From contig CDRNST010000144.1 of assembly GCA_977016875.1 (NCBI GenBank), positions 6,448,001-6,512,000 on the forward strand: a stretch of 64,000 bases of DNA. Direction: 5' to 3'. The DNA comes from Pavona decussata (Eukaryota). Below, one piece after another: positions 12,501-25,685 of this stretch. Numbering within the stretch: the first letter of the stretch is position 1; the number at the start of each line of letters is the position of its first letter. Under the pieces are notes generated by a model. It ran no database searches, had not been told where the DNA came from, and worked only from the letters and a program-made list of their open reading frames with translations. The translations under genes were made by a program, and so were the position numbers.

Positions 12501-13576
12501 GACTCATTATCCCCTCAAGTATGCGCCTGGAGATCCTAGAACAAATTCACGAAGGACACCAAGGAATTGTCAAGTGTCGACGACGAGCCAAGGACTCAGT
12601 CTGGTGGCCTGGGTTGAGCAATCAAGTACAAGATATGGTCACGAGCTGCCGAAAATGCATCGAGTATAGGAAGCCAAACCGAGAACCGATGATACCGACA
12701 GCAGTTCCTGAAAGACCATGGCAGATTCTGGGTACTGACCTGTTCAGCCTGAACGGACGAGCCTACCTGGTAGAGGTGGACTACTTCTCACGCTACGTAG
12801 AAGTCTCACTTCTGACGGCGTCTCAGAAGTCTAGCGACACCATCCGTGCACTTAAATCCTTCTTTGCAAGACACGGAGTCCCTGAGATCCTGAGATCTGA
12901 TAACGGACCGCAGTTTGCTTCAACTGAGTTTGACCAGTTTTCAAAGGATTACTCCTTCACGCACATCACTTCAAGCCCGAAGTTGCCTCAGGCCAATGGA
13001 GAAGCTGAGCGTGCAGTGCAAACGGTGAAGAATACACTAAAGTAGGGAAAAGATCCAGCCAAAGCTCTGATGTCATACAGAGCAACACCATTGGAGAACG
13101 GATACAGCCCACCAGAAATGCTCTTTGGCAGAAAGATCCGAACAACTGTTCCGGTGTTCCCTGACCAACTGAAACCATCATGGCCTGACCTAGAGAAAGT
13201 CCGGACGCATGAACAAGAAGGCAAACTAACCCAAACAAGCCGTTACAATTCAAGCCATCGATGCACTGAACTTCCCAAATTAAGTACTGGAGACCGCGTA
13301 TGGGTTACCGACCAGAAGACACCAGCAATGGTCACAGAGAAAGCCCCAACGCCAAGATCTTACATGGTTGAAACTGAAGCTGGCAGTTCGATCCGACGTA
13401 ATCGTCGACATCTCGTTGCCATGCCAGAAAGTACTATCAAGGACACCCCCTTAAAACGAGTGGAAAGTTCACCAACCAAACCTTTGGATGTGAGTCCACA
13501 AAAGATGACCTCATCAGATGTTAAAACCTCAAGATCTGGACGAGTCATTAAACCCCCAGATAGACTCGACCTATAG
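9600..13576 (+). pseudogene. Gag-Pol polyprotein (gag with two CCHC-type knuckles, PR, RT, RNase H, integrase); one frameshift (~9925) and one stop (13043-13045)
   Basis: CERCG..H....C and CHKCSKQGHFAKWC; LDCGADV; LPFG, QMDD; ADAS; HEGH..C..C; SDNGPQF; ANGEAER; C-terminal GDRVW..RSY..RRNRRHL. Confidence 0.95.
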
Positions 13577-13760
13577 ACTATGAACATGGACATGACGGAA
13601 CTTTGAAAAGAATAGGACCTGTCGTAAATCATGATTAAGATTTTCATCCAATGGACTAAAATAGACTGGTTGATTTAGAACCTCTTTTAGATTGAGGTTA
13701 CTTTGATGTCATTTGTTTTGTGTTAACATTTTGATGTTATTTTATACTCGAAAGGGGAGA

Positions 13761-13935
13761 TGTTATGTAACGCAATCTAGCATACCATAGATTCCTCTAG
13801 AATGTTCCACTTAAGAGCCTCTCACATGTTTGTAATGCAGATATCAATGACACAGATTAGTTGATTAAACTACTTGAATGGAATACATGTTTTGCTGCAT
13901 GTTCTTAACTTGCCGCTCAGTTAGAGAACACAACA
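13761..13935 (+). repeat. 3' LTR
   Basis: Direct repeat of 9328-9502, followed by the TSD TATGG. Confidence 0.98.
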
Positions 13936-14596
13936 TATGGCAGTATCACAATGCAATCTTTTTCGCTCAAAATGCAATCAATTTCTTTATTTGCAAGATC
14001 GGGCAATTTGAAACCACTGTACTGAAGCATTATAGCCCGGACAAACAATTTCAGTTAGCTCTTGCTTTCACCACTATTCATATTTTTTGCTACATAAAAA
14101 CAATTTTATTTTAGTTGTTTAAGTTCGAACATTTTTCGCGCAACTCAGTAAAAAACTTAAAATAACGGTCATGCCGGGAAAAAACAAGCACGGTGTCCCC
14201 ATCTTCTCATTGCAGTTTTTCAATCTCCTATGCGTGGCTGTCAATTCTGCCTATAGCACGTCATTTTCAGTGGGATGTTTTGATAAACTGTTCGTCACTT
14301 GGCCACTATTTTCGATTTGTGTTTTTGGACCTGTAATAAATTGGCTTATTATATGTAAAAGAAAATTTCAGCCAATATACAGTCTATCCTTGATCTTACA
14401 ACCAGCCTCGGGAATTTGGCAATTTTCCGCGCAGGTAAATTCTGGGAAGTGATTTGCTCTTGGTTAGATGGCTACAAAAGGAGCCACCTGAAAAAAGATT
14501 TCAAATAAAGGAAGTGAAAAAGAAACTTAACTAAATACAGGTTTGGATCTAGAAAATACAGAAAGAGTGGGCCCAAAAAAACCTCAACAAGAACGG

Positions 14597-15005
14597 GTGT
14601 GATGCGGGTTATGTAGGCTATACGCGCGGACACTTACATACACGTGTGGATGGACATAAACAATGAGCATCTTCAGTGTATAAACACTACCACGAACAGC
14701 ATGGCGAAGTCCCCAAAGACCTACTGAAGCGTTTTAGCATTCTGAAAAAGTGTAGAAATAAGTTCGATTGTTTGGTTAACGAAATGCTTTTCATCAGAGA
14801 CCTAAAACCCACTCTGAACGTGCCAAACAATTCTATTCACGCAAAAGTATTTGTTTAATTAGCCTCAAACACTATATGCTAATTTTTGATACACTTCGCC
14901 ACGGACTCTGTAATTTTTCATTTCTCCTTCACAATGGCGTCATGAAGACACCGAAACGTCAGGTTTTATTGTTAATTTTTGCATGTCTCTAAATTTATTA
15001 TACAC
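14597..15005 (+). mobile_element. Penelope-like element 3' fragment (GIY-YIG endonuclease C-terminus plus pLTR with a decayed hammerhead)
   Basis: CDAGYVGYTRGHLHTRVDGH..SSVYKH..FSILKKC..EMLFIRDLKPTLN; downstream GGCGTCATGAAGACACC-GAAACGTC at ~14936-14960. Confidence 0.85.
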
Positions 15006-16723
15006 TTCAAAAAAAAAAAAGAAAAAGATAATACGTCCTCTATTATAACAACGGCCACTGTTATTTTCTATTGTGCCTACATCTCAGTTAGTTTCTGTAT
15101 TTTCCTTTATAGCACTAAAGCAAAGAGGAAGAAGCCTGGGGTCTTCAGAAAACTTTTCAGCCGGCTGTTCAGGCGCTGATTAAATAACTTTTTCCACAAT
15201 TCACTTAAATCTTTGTAAATAGATTCTACGATTTGTTACTTGGACAAAACTCAGAAAAAGGTTTCATTTTGTAAATATTTTTCTTTTCATACACTTATGG
15301 TTATTAAAAAAGAGGAGTTCACATTCGAGGTTTATTACTAAGAGATGTTCGTTGAATAAATGTGATCTTTTTCTGTTAAAAAAAAGTCATTCTACTTATA
15401 CAAAGTGGGATAATTAAACAGGAAAATAGTCAGTAGCAAGTGCGTTCAACTTTAAATTTGGTAATTTTACGTTGTTATTTTGCAGATGACGGCAAACAAA
15501 TGAACTTATTTCACTGCATTTACAGGGCCATTGTTTTTGCTCTGTAAATCTTCTTTTTTATACCTTCTGGTTACTGTCGTCATTGTGTTTGCGTAAAGTC
15601 CCTAATAGTCCTCAGAGTGGCACAAATGTAATACTGTTTTGGGACTGGGATTACTGAAATTGGAAGCTTTGGAATAGCACTTATTGTGTTTGTCAGGGAT
15701 AAAACACAAGCTGGGGTAACCAGTCCCTGGGGAGTGCCCCACAAATACATTAAGTGTCCTGGCTACCTTAGTCTTCCACCCATTTCTAAAATACAACATA
15801 TTTTCTACAACCATGCAAAAATGTTTTATATATAATCTGCTAAGATCTGCAGGCACTGCACGGTTCTCATAATTTTATCTTGTCTCGTCTTTTAGTCTAG
15901 TTTATTTTATGGAAATACTTCGTAATTGTGGGTAACTAATATTGTAACACTGTGCATGCTGTGGTTCAACATTGATAGACTCTGTCTGTCATCTGGAATA
16001 GTTAAACGGCAGTTTGACTTTTGAAGGAATTTTGTTTTTTTAGGTAAAATGAAGGTCATACCCCTTTATAGCAAAAGTGAAAGTCCAAAGTAGCCGCCAA
16101 GGCAAAATATCGATAAGAGATAAAATGTTCTCAAACGTTAACACACAACATATTTAGGCTTACTCTTTTCATTGTGAAAATGTGGAGGAATTTTAAGTTT
16201 TGACTCAAAATGATGATAATACCCGTTGAGAGATTAAAATCCAAGACGGCCGCCGTGACATGGCAATTATTGGGATCATCAAACACATTGTCACCACAGA
16301 CTTGCACACAATTTATTTAGGCTTGCCCTTTGATTTGTGATAGTGAACAGCCTTTCTTGACGCTAAACGTCCTTCTTTGTCCCAAGAACAATTTTTCATT
16401 CCGCGCTGTATAATGAAAAAGACCCAGCAGACTGTGAATTTGAAACACACCAAGTAAAAAATTTAGTGACTTTGGAAAAAAATCTGAAATGTGCAGGATA
16501 TGATAGTACAATTCTCAATGTACATCATTAAGAAGGGAATGAGAAATTACCTTTAAAAGTGTAAGATCCTACAACATTTACCCTCATCAACAATTGCCCC
16601 GCCATCATGATATCGGACATCAACCACAAAACGAGGCGGGCTATCAACCATACAGCGGGAAATCACCCAAACTGCGGGGAATCATCCAAAATTGAGGCGG
16701 GGTATCACCAAGTATACAACTCA

Positions 16724-16747
16724 CTCTCTCTCTCTCTCTCTCTCTCT
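16724..16747. repeat. (CT)n microsatellite
   Basis: Seen directly. Confidence 0.9.
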
Positions 16748-17102
16748 TTAATAACTTTTTTTTAAAAATAAAATCACTATTATTAACGTATGTCAGCACA
16801 TATGACAACCACCAAAGAACGATGATCATTGCTGGTTAAGGGCAGTGCTCAAAACTACTTTAAGTCAAATAGGACCCACCAAACCACAAAATAGATGGTA
16901 GTCTCTGCATTCGCCCACCTCCCCTTTCCTTCCTCAACCTCAAAAAATGGTGCCCTTATTGTCTAGCAACCCCTCTCTATATCCAACAGTTAAATTAAAC
17001 GACAATGAGATTCCTCAGCTCACTTTTCCGGTTTATCTAGCATTTTTGACTCTTGATAGCTGAATATTTGTGTCAACCCAAATTTTAAAGCTAACAAAAT
17101 TT

Positions 17103-18255
17103 GATCACAATAATTTGGAGCGGTTCCCAAATTCAGCACCACGCATGGATTGATCAGTATGATTTACTCTTGGGCGAAGACAACGGATGAAAATGGATCG
17201 ACTACGAGAGTTGTGCTCTTTGACTTCCGGAAAGCATTTGATCTGATTGACCATCATGTTCTGGTGCGGAAGCTGTTCCTGCTGGGGTCCCACAGGGGAC
17301 GAAAATAGGTCCCTGGCTGTTCCTTATCATGATAAATGATCTTTCTGTAGCAGACACATCCCTTTGGAAATACGTAAATGATACCACCCTTGTCGAATCA
17401 GTATCGAAAAACGAGTCTAGCTACATGCAGTTATGCGTAGATGAACTTGTACGAAAGTCAGAAGCTGATGGTTTCCAACTCAACGAGTCTAAATGTAAAG
17501 AACTGAGAATATCTTTCTCTAGATCAGGAAGTTCTGTCTGATCATATCACCATCAATGATAAGCAAATGGAAGTTGTTCCATCCGCAAAGCTGTTAGGAG
17601 TGGTAGTTTCTGACAACCTCAGGTAGAACGTGCACATAGAATTTATATGCCAAAAGGCTGTGACGCACCTGTACTTCTTAAAACAGCTAAAGCGCGCTAA
17701 AGTTCCATCCAAAGATATGTTACTTTTCTATACAACATGTATACGCCCTGTTTTAGAATATGCGTGCCCAGTCTTTCATCATTCTTTGCCCCAATATCTG
17801 TCTAATGAAATGGAAAGGTTGCAAAAGTGTGTGTTGCGGATAATATAACCCGACCTATCCTATGCTGAGGCCCTAGTAGCTCTGGACATCACGTCACTGT
17901 ACGAGAGGGGGAAGGCCTTGAGCAATGCTCTATTTGACCAAATTGTAAGGGACCAAAGCCACAAGCTCCATGATCTGCTGCCACTACGCAATGAGTCTAT
18001 TTATTGCACCCGTAGCCAGAGATACTTTAAACTACTGATTTGTAAGACAAATAGGTTTAAAAACACTTTTATTGTTGCCAACAGTTTTGATTATTAGTAG
18101 TAATCCTAATTATTAGTAGTTACAGTTTTTATAATATTTGTTATATATTTATAGATAATTTTTAGTTACCTTGTAAAGTACGTCGTATTTCAGCCGGCCT
18201 GGGGACTGCAATGATTTTACTTCTTAATAAAGCCAGCTATCTAGCTATCTATCTA
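17103..18255 (+). mobile_element. L2/CR1-group LINE, 5'-truncated, internally deleted and decayed
   Basis: DFRKAFDLIDH fused directly to PAGVPQGTKIGP; YVNDTT (from YVDD); RPVLEYACPVFH; AATAAA then a (TATC)-type tail. Confidence 0.88.
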
Positions 18256-19196
18256 ATGTTCAAGAGATAGGGGATGTCTTCAATAACCCCCCTTTAAGAT
18301 GGATCCCCTCCAAACAAAGTTGTTATAAACAGTTTCCTAATGCATTTTATTATATGTATTTATAGGTTATTACCAGTCACATTGTTCACCACATTTTAAC
18401 CGGGATCCAGAACTTTGGGCCATTACAGGCAACTTAAATGTTTCTTTATGGGCATTTCAACTCACGGTTGTGCCAAAGGGCAATGAGTCGGAGGCATCCA
18501 GAAGCAATTATTTTTTAGACCTATCATGTATGATTTTATTGTATCTGTATTTTTTAACAAATTAAATTTAAGTTAATTGAAATGGCATTCCCTATTTTAT
18601 TAAACACAACCTACTTTGGAGTGGACTTTTTGTTCTCAAATGATTTTTTTTGTCATTTTTTTTTTATGATGAACCTTCCAAGAAAGTTGAAGCTATATGA
18701 TAATGTCATTTAGAGAGTATAAGATTGTTAAGTCAACTCTCTCCAAGAAATCACCTAAGCCTTAAATTGTCACGTTCACCTGTCGACATCTGCAAAGCCA
18801 TGCATTCCCAAAACAGTGCAATGTCTTTTCGAGTTGTCGAACAAGAAACGTAAGCGAGGATCACTCATGCAAACTGCACCTCTGAAATGTAAACCATCAG
18901 CAACACCAACATCACCCACAAACGGCCCACTGCTTTCAACAGCCTCTGCTATTAAATCCCCCTTAACGTCGGAAAATCCATTGTTGCACCAAGAGGCATG
19001 CTTAACAAAGTAAATTAACACTCTTTGTCTCCTTTTGCATGTAATGGGGGAAGCTTGAAGTGTAAACGCAATGGAAAGAAATGTGATGACAAAAAGTTTT
19101 GCAAAATGGTAAATCCCATCTGTGTACTCAGGCAAAGAGTCTAACATCGAGAGCAACTCCCACTCTGTTGCGCAAAACCAGTTACCAACCCTCATC

Positions 19197-19579
19197 TGTT
19201 TAGGAACTTTTCACCAGGGCTCGCACATTCAGCTCACTATCCCAAACAGCAGAGTTCCACTATCGTATTATCCTCCTTGTTGTACAGCACTTTAATGGCT
19301 GTATACTCTTGGGATGCAAGCAATGTTGACGAGAATGTTCTTTTAAAAGACAAGATCCACTTTCATCATTTGTGCCATTTAAAGAAGAATCCAAACAATG
19401 ATAAAAAATTGATCCTTGACGAAGTTCCAAATGGCGTCACAATGCTAGATTATACTTTTAGCAATGAGGGCAAAGAAATTGTGGCAGGTACTATTAAGGC
19501 ATCAGCCACCCTTCAGGACTGTCCGCGCTCTAGCGCTCGTGTTTTAAATAAAAACTCATACAAACCACACATTTTCTGA
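19197..19579 (+). pseudogene. Decayed herpes-tegument-type (peptidase C76-like) deubiquitinase domain
   Basis: GTFHQG (19203-19220), frameshift, then QQSSTIVLSSLLYS..W....VD...L.D....L..DEVP, matching the G.FHQG..QC..W...D.D..GD..ELP pattern. The catalytic Cys position reads AGT. Confidence 0.5.
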
Positions 19580-21553
19580 AAGCATAATAATTCCAGATTG
19601 TGGATTATTCCCTTAAAAAATGAAAAACTTAAAGGTTTTTCAAATTTGGGAAGTTTTTTGCATGTCTGTGTAAATCAACCTCCAGGCCCACCAAAAGTGG
19701 TAGAAAGCGATAAAGATCGCATTTGATTCTTAACAGATTCTAAAAAAGGGTGTCTCAGATTTTTGACAATTGCATTTGTTGTCTTTTAATGAACAGATGA
19801 AGTTAGAGGAGACAAATAATCGGCACCTCAAGTGGAAAAAGTAGATTGCGCAGCGCGTGGCAGGAAATACCCTTACGATCGGACATGAGTCCACATTTGT
19901 TTAAAGTTAGTAAATTCATAATTCTCCCTCGAAATATATGAGGAGCTGCATTTTCCGTAATCATCTAATCCCATGTTGCCAATAATCCCCAGACATTCTA
20001 AATTAATTTGAAACCATGCTAAAAGAAAGAAGAAAGTCATCCAAAGCGAAACAAAAGGCCATTACAGAGAATGAAGGGGAAGCAGAAAATCAGTCAGTCA
20101 ACACAAAAGTAAACATGCTGGTGGAAATGAGACTAGCTGGGTAAGAATAGCGTTGATTTTATGACAGTATTTTTCAGACAATTATCGTCCACTGAGCAAC
20201 GTGCATTGTATACAGTAATGCTCTGCGACACATCGTCAACTGTTGCACTATTCCTTTATTTATAATACTCTCGCTTGTTCCATTAAACAGGAACACGACT
20301 TCTATTCAGCCCAATTTATGACACTACCTTCCTTTTCAGAGACCATGAAAACTAAACAACTTTGAAGCTGCTCCATGTCCTCCATCAACAGTTCGAAAGC
20401 CAAGAACTGATGCGCGATTTACGTCAAATTTCCTGCTTTTCTCCGTTGTGTGGTTGTTGTAAGAACCCTTGTCACTTAAAGCAAATATCTCAGCGCGATC
20501 TTTATTAAAATACTTTTTCAGTTTCTTCCGTCTTAATGTGGACATGGAAAATGGACATGACTTTAGTTCTTCTTCGAAGGCATTATTTTACAACGAAATT
20601 TACTATGAAGAAACCAACCATGTGTAAGATGCTTGATCAAGCAAATCTATTGCGTGTTTACAATGATTGGATATCATGTGACTTGTTTCATGATATGTTG
20701 GCATACAAGTTAATCCAGTATGACAGGACTTGTCAATGGGTAATTAATATAATTAAAATGGAAAAAGCAATTGCACCCAATAACTTTGCACAGAAAAAAA
20801 ATTTTATGGACATGTTTTTTTTTAAAAGAACGCTCTTGAAGAGCTTTATCCGATCATCACCAAATCTCAATTTTTGAAAAATGGCACTCTCCATACTAAT
20901 TTATCGTTTGAAGCGCTTATCGTGAAAACCAAAAAGGCTCAATGCAAAGAAAGTGAGGTTTCAATTATTGTGTTAGGGCAGCCTCTACACCAAGCAGATC
21001 TGACAGTGGATCAGAGGTTGACGATCGTCAACAAGATGGGTAGACTGGCTGATGACATTATCTTTTCAAGGTAGGAGTCTATGTATGCCAGCAGTAAACT
21101 TGTGGCAGATGCTGTTACCTTCTGAACTCATAAGACTCTATTAAAAATACATGTTGGATCTTTTCCCTTTACCATTCAAGATAATCTGAAATCAATTGAT
21201 TTTTAATAAGTATTGAAAATTATTCCAAGGGCATTGGACTAGAGCTGCTATATAATCATCAGACATTCAACATGCACCAGGGAAGTTTACACTATTTTGT
21301 TAAAAGCAACCAAGAAATGTCACTAGAGTTTGCTTATTTTATTTTTTTTCATGAACGGTCAAAGGAAAATAATATTTATTTATTGCCTGCTGTTTCTTGA
21401 TTATTGTATAATGGCTGATATTGCATGGCTGCGATTCTGTGATTGCATTATCCAGTTATGTGGTTTTTAATGATATTTGGATAATGCAATATTGATAGCA
21501 ATGAGAATGCGCGCACATAACTAATCAGGATAATAATTATTTATTGATTTTGT

Positions 21554-22528
21554 GTGACATATCTTGGCAGTGTCAAGTGGGTGACTTTCTATGGGACAAA
21601 GTACCAGCCTGGAATGATTGTCATTGAAAGTCACGATGGGTTGATGCCAACTTTTGCAAAAATCAAGTCTCTTCTTGCTCTCACAGACAAAAAAGTTTTC
21701 TTCATATGCAAGAGAGTGCAAGTCCTGAGATTTGTGCAACATTTTAGGGCATTTGAAGTGACTGTCATGAACATTGAATGCGTCCTTGATTACTCTTCTT
21801 TATATGACTTCCATCCTCTTGATCTTTATTCTGTTACATATGACCAAGCTTCTAGGAAGTTTGTGAGGCCTAAGTACCATATTCGTGAATAGCTTAATTC
21901 ATTTAACATGCAGTTGATCAGCAATATGACATCTTTGTTAGAACACATGGTCAAATTTTTGTTGATTGATGTATTAAATAAATAAAATCATAACTTCATC
22001 TCCTCCCCTCCTCAGGCCACTGAATTTGTAGAGCCCGTAAGTGTAGCCCGTTTTTTTGCTTGGTTTTTTCCTTACCCTTATTCTTGTTAGTTTTGCAATA
22101 AAAAAGCTCAATGTGAAATTCTAGGTATTTTCCCCCTTGTGGCAACCAGACTTCAGTGGTTTGGTGTTCGATTTAACAGTTTTAAGATTGGCATACCATG
22201 TTCAAACAATTATGTCAGAATGTGTTATTTTACACTTTGCGAGAATAAAACTACCCTCACAGAACTGTAAATTTACCCTGCTATTGGTGTAATAGTAAAC
22301 TTCAGATTTGTGTATTGTGTTGCAATTTAAAAAAGTGTAAAAATACACTTTACACTGTGTATTACTATTTCCAAAAGAATGCATAATTTTTTACACTGAA
22401 ACGCAGTGTAAAATTATCCAAGAACTGGTGTAACATTACATTGCAATTTTAGTGTAACAGTTTATACTAAAAAAAGGTGTGATATTACATTTTCGCATTT
22501 GTAATAAGACACTTTAATTTTTCGTGTG
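21554..22528 (+). mobile_element. EnSpm/CACTA-like element right end (transposase C-terminal exon plus subterminal repeats)
   Basis: KWV..GTKY.PG..PTFAKI..F..HFRAFEV..LYDFHPL..Y. Many TGTAAAATT/ATTTTACAC repeats at 22225-22515; terminus ..TTTTTCGTGTG (CAC on the opposite strand). Confidence 0.6.
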
Positions 22529-23740
22529 TTACCATGTTTCGGAAAGCAAAGCAACCCTATTTTTTTTTAGCTAACAACCAGAAGTAAGTAAGCTTGTTTG
22601 GGCAATTACACAGTACTGTATGCAAACAGACCTCCAAAAGGGTAAATAAATACTACTGTTTTTAAAAGTACCTGAAGGGGAAAACTGATAAAACACGTCA
22701 AGGTAGTTGTGAGAGAGTGCGATAATAAATGAGCATTAGGCGCTTTTCAATAACACGGGAACTCTTGCGAAATAAATTTAGTCTTAGACTGTCTTGATGT
22801 TGTGAAAAGGCGGCAAACTACTTTAATTGATTATCAATAAATAATACAGTATCGCTAAATTTAGTGCTTTGCTTTGTGTTTAAGTTGCACCTCAACTTTG
22901 CATAATTGCGCATGCTGGCGACAAACACTTCATTCTTAAGTTAATTATGATAGTTTCTGATTGGCTCATTTCAACTGATGCAGTATAAATACAGATACTG
23001 CACTCCACAGATCACAGCTCATCGAGTAAAATCCGGAAAATTTGTGAAGTTTAAAATCAGAGTTCTTTGTTATAGTTCATTATACGGCGTTAATATGGAT
23101 CTGTATGATTTTGATAACGACGATTATGTCAAGAGTACAGCGAACAATTTAGGCTATTCATTTATTGAGACTTTTTAATGATGCAGATGACGAGGAGTCT
23201 GACTTCGAAGGCTTCACTAGAGAAGAAGCTTACCAGCCTAAAACACCAAGAGTGCGACCCTTCCACCAGAGAGCCAGCCCTGGGAACGCCGAGGCGCAAA
23301 AAGAAAATCTAAGGGCAGCTTCAACATGTGGAAAGAAAAGGAAACCCAATCCTTCACAGTAAGTAAACTTTACTTTCTTGAGAAAAGGTTATAAGCTCTT
23401 ATTGATTAGAAAGCCTTATTAACACGAATGAATCTGCATGATTGAGCTGGTAAACGAAGTCGAACAGTTGAACATCTGCTTTAAATAGCGTAGTCAGATA
23501 AACAGTGAAGAAGACTTATTTATTTTAATACCGAGCATTTTGACAAGTCTGCACTACTATGCGTATTACCTACCAGGTATGGCCCTACCAGGTATGGCCC
23601 GGAGTGCAGTTTGTAATTAATGTCAGTAGTTTTAGTAGTTCTCGCGAATTAAAGTACAGATTTTCCTTTCGCAAATTACAGATTTTTTTCTATTCGTTTC
23701 TTTTCGCAAATTACAGTAAGCCACTTGAAATTCTATTTAG

Positions 23741-24603
23741 GAAAGCTGGTACAAACTATATAAAATCCAAAACGACAAACATCCTCGGACCCAGTCAGTC
23801 GCAAACAATTCGCACAAAGAACACATGTATACCGTCGTACGTAATGGGAAAAAAAAAAAAAAAACGACAAACATCCTCAGACCCAGTCAGTCGCAAAAAA
23901 ATTTGCACAAAGAAGCTATTCACACATGTATACCGTGGTACGTAACGAAAAAACATCACAAGTTAAAAACTTGCGTGCCTGAAAGAAAATCACAAAGTGA
24001 TGAAAAAAGATTAAGCGAAAAAGTTAATAGCTGCGCATTTGTAATGAGAATGAAAAAGTCATGAGTTGAGCATGCGAGTACAAAAGAAAGCTAGTTAGTT
24101 GGAAAGCCGAAAGTGGTTTTTCTCAGATCGTGGTACGAACAACAGTAACGAAAGCTTTGTTTTGATGTTTGCTTCTACAATTTGTCTGTACTACGTAGTT
24201 TGTAAATGATGTTTACTGACACCTGCATACTAGAAAACTGTCTCTGATCATCACAGACAAATTTGTTACTTTGACTAAAAGACAAATTCTTTTTTACCTT
24301 AGTCTTGTTTCTTTTTCCCAGACATCAGCACAAATACTTTCTTTACTATTTTTATGATTTTCTTTAATTTGAGACACACACAAGTTTTTAACTTGCGATT
24401 TTTTTTCGTTACGTCCCACGGTATACATGTGTGAATAGCTTCTTCGTGCAAATTTTTTTGCGACTGACTGGGTCCGAGGATGTTTGTCTCTTTTGTTCGT
24501 TACGCACGACGGTATACTTGTGTTCTTTGTGCGAACTTTTTGCGACTGACTGGGTTCAAGGATGTTTGTCGTTTTGGATTTTGGATAGTTTTTACTACCT
24601 TTC
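23741..24603. mobile_element. Foldback-like MITE with ~250-bp TIRs, each arm made of two ~95-bp tandem units
   Basis: 23741-~23990 is the reverse complement of ~24350-24603; the unit core ACAAACATCCTCGGACCCAGTCAGTCGCAAA occurs four times; both ends flanked by AG. Confidence 0.85.
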
Positions 24604-25165
24604 AGGTAATGTAGCAAATCGACGGGTAACCCTTCAACAATTTCGAAAGGGTAATTTCCATGTTATTGTGAAAACAATATCGACCAAACTCTTTCACTGG
24701 CTGGATATAGGCTGCCTAGATTCGCAATAGCTACCTACGCGCATGCCAAAATTGTATCTTTTACATGGAAAGGTTTATTGACAAAAGTAATGACGGCAGC
24801 AGAATACAATGTCACATTGTAGGATTTGAATATGTACGGCAAAAGAAAAGCAGCCAGCAGGGATTTGACTAGAAAATACTTTTCAACTCATTATATACAT
24901 GCAAAAGGTTTATAGCATACTAAACTCGTAAAAATACAGTAGGCTGCATGTAAGAGTAGATTGCTTTCGGTGGCTTTTTAATTTTATTAAACCAAAGATC
25001 CTCTACACCCGTTCTTTTGTTAACTTATAGTAATGAATTAGTTTTGGTATTGAAATTTGGTGGCATTGATGAGAATAATATTTTCCAAATTGCCGAACTT
25101 ACCACCAGCCGAACACCTGCGTTATCTGCCTCGCCAAATTGCTTTAGGTAAGAAAATTAACATAT

Positions 25166-25685
25166 ACAGTAGGACCCCGGTAACTCAAACTCTGAAGGGA
25201 GACAAAAAATTGTTCGAGTTAGCGGGGGTTCGAGTTATCAGGGTAGATCGAAAATTCGACTTTTCATGTAAATAATTTATAGTTTATTGATTATCAGCAC
25301 TTCAGTATACAACCCAGGGCAAATTAGATACATGTTTTAATTCATTGAAGTACTTTTTTTTTGTTTTCTATGTGACAGCTAAACAGGCAGTGCATGCGGT
25401 TTGACTAAAAAGGTCAGAAATAACTATCAAATGCATGATCTGTTGCACTGATTAAAATGAAATTGCTTTAGAAGTGTCAATTCCAGTGTTTTTTACCGAT
25501 AACATGACAGGAGAAGCTAATGGGATGACATCAGTGGTGAGTTGCAAGAACCAGAATTCGAGTTATTGGGGTAAATTTCGACCAAGGGAAACAAAATTTA
25601 GTTCGAGTTAGTGAGGAATTCGAGTTTGACTTATCCGAGTAAAAGTCACTGAAAAGTAGGGTCAAATCCAAGGGAAAAGGGTTAT
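25166..25685. mobile_element. pogo/Tigger-like MITE, right end missing
   Basis: TA+CAGT start, repeated TTCGAGTTA motifs; related copy at 60431-60576. Confidence 0.55.

Larger units (their letters stand above)
9328..13935 (+). mobile_element. Complete Ty3/Gypsy (Mag-like) LTR retrotransposon
   Basis: 175-bp TG..CA LTRs (9328-9502 and 13761-13935), identical by eye; 5-bp TSD TATGG; PBS TGGTGTCAGAA at 9503; PPT AAAGGGGAGA 13751-13760. Confidence 0.98.

Noticed and set aside
13043-13045. Stop-codon readthrough or env-like ORF3
   Set aside because: The downstream frame is simply the integrase C-terminus; a point mutation is simpler.
10218-13647. Many short overlapping ORFs in the Gypsy element (likewise 32627-33076, 55717-56049 and antisense ORFs within 60838-63660)
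   Set aside because: Shadow frames of real coding sequence.
18776-19195. 139-aa minus-strand ORF
   Set aside because: No convincing motif; the + strand carries the recognisable relic.
23559-24730. ORFs on both strands with similar peptides
   Set aside because: Produced by the inverted repeats of the MITE.
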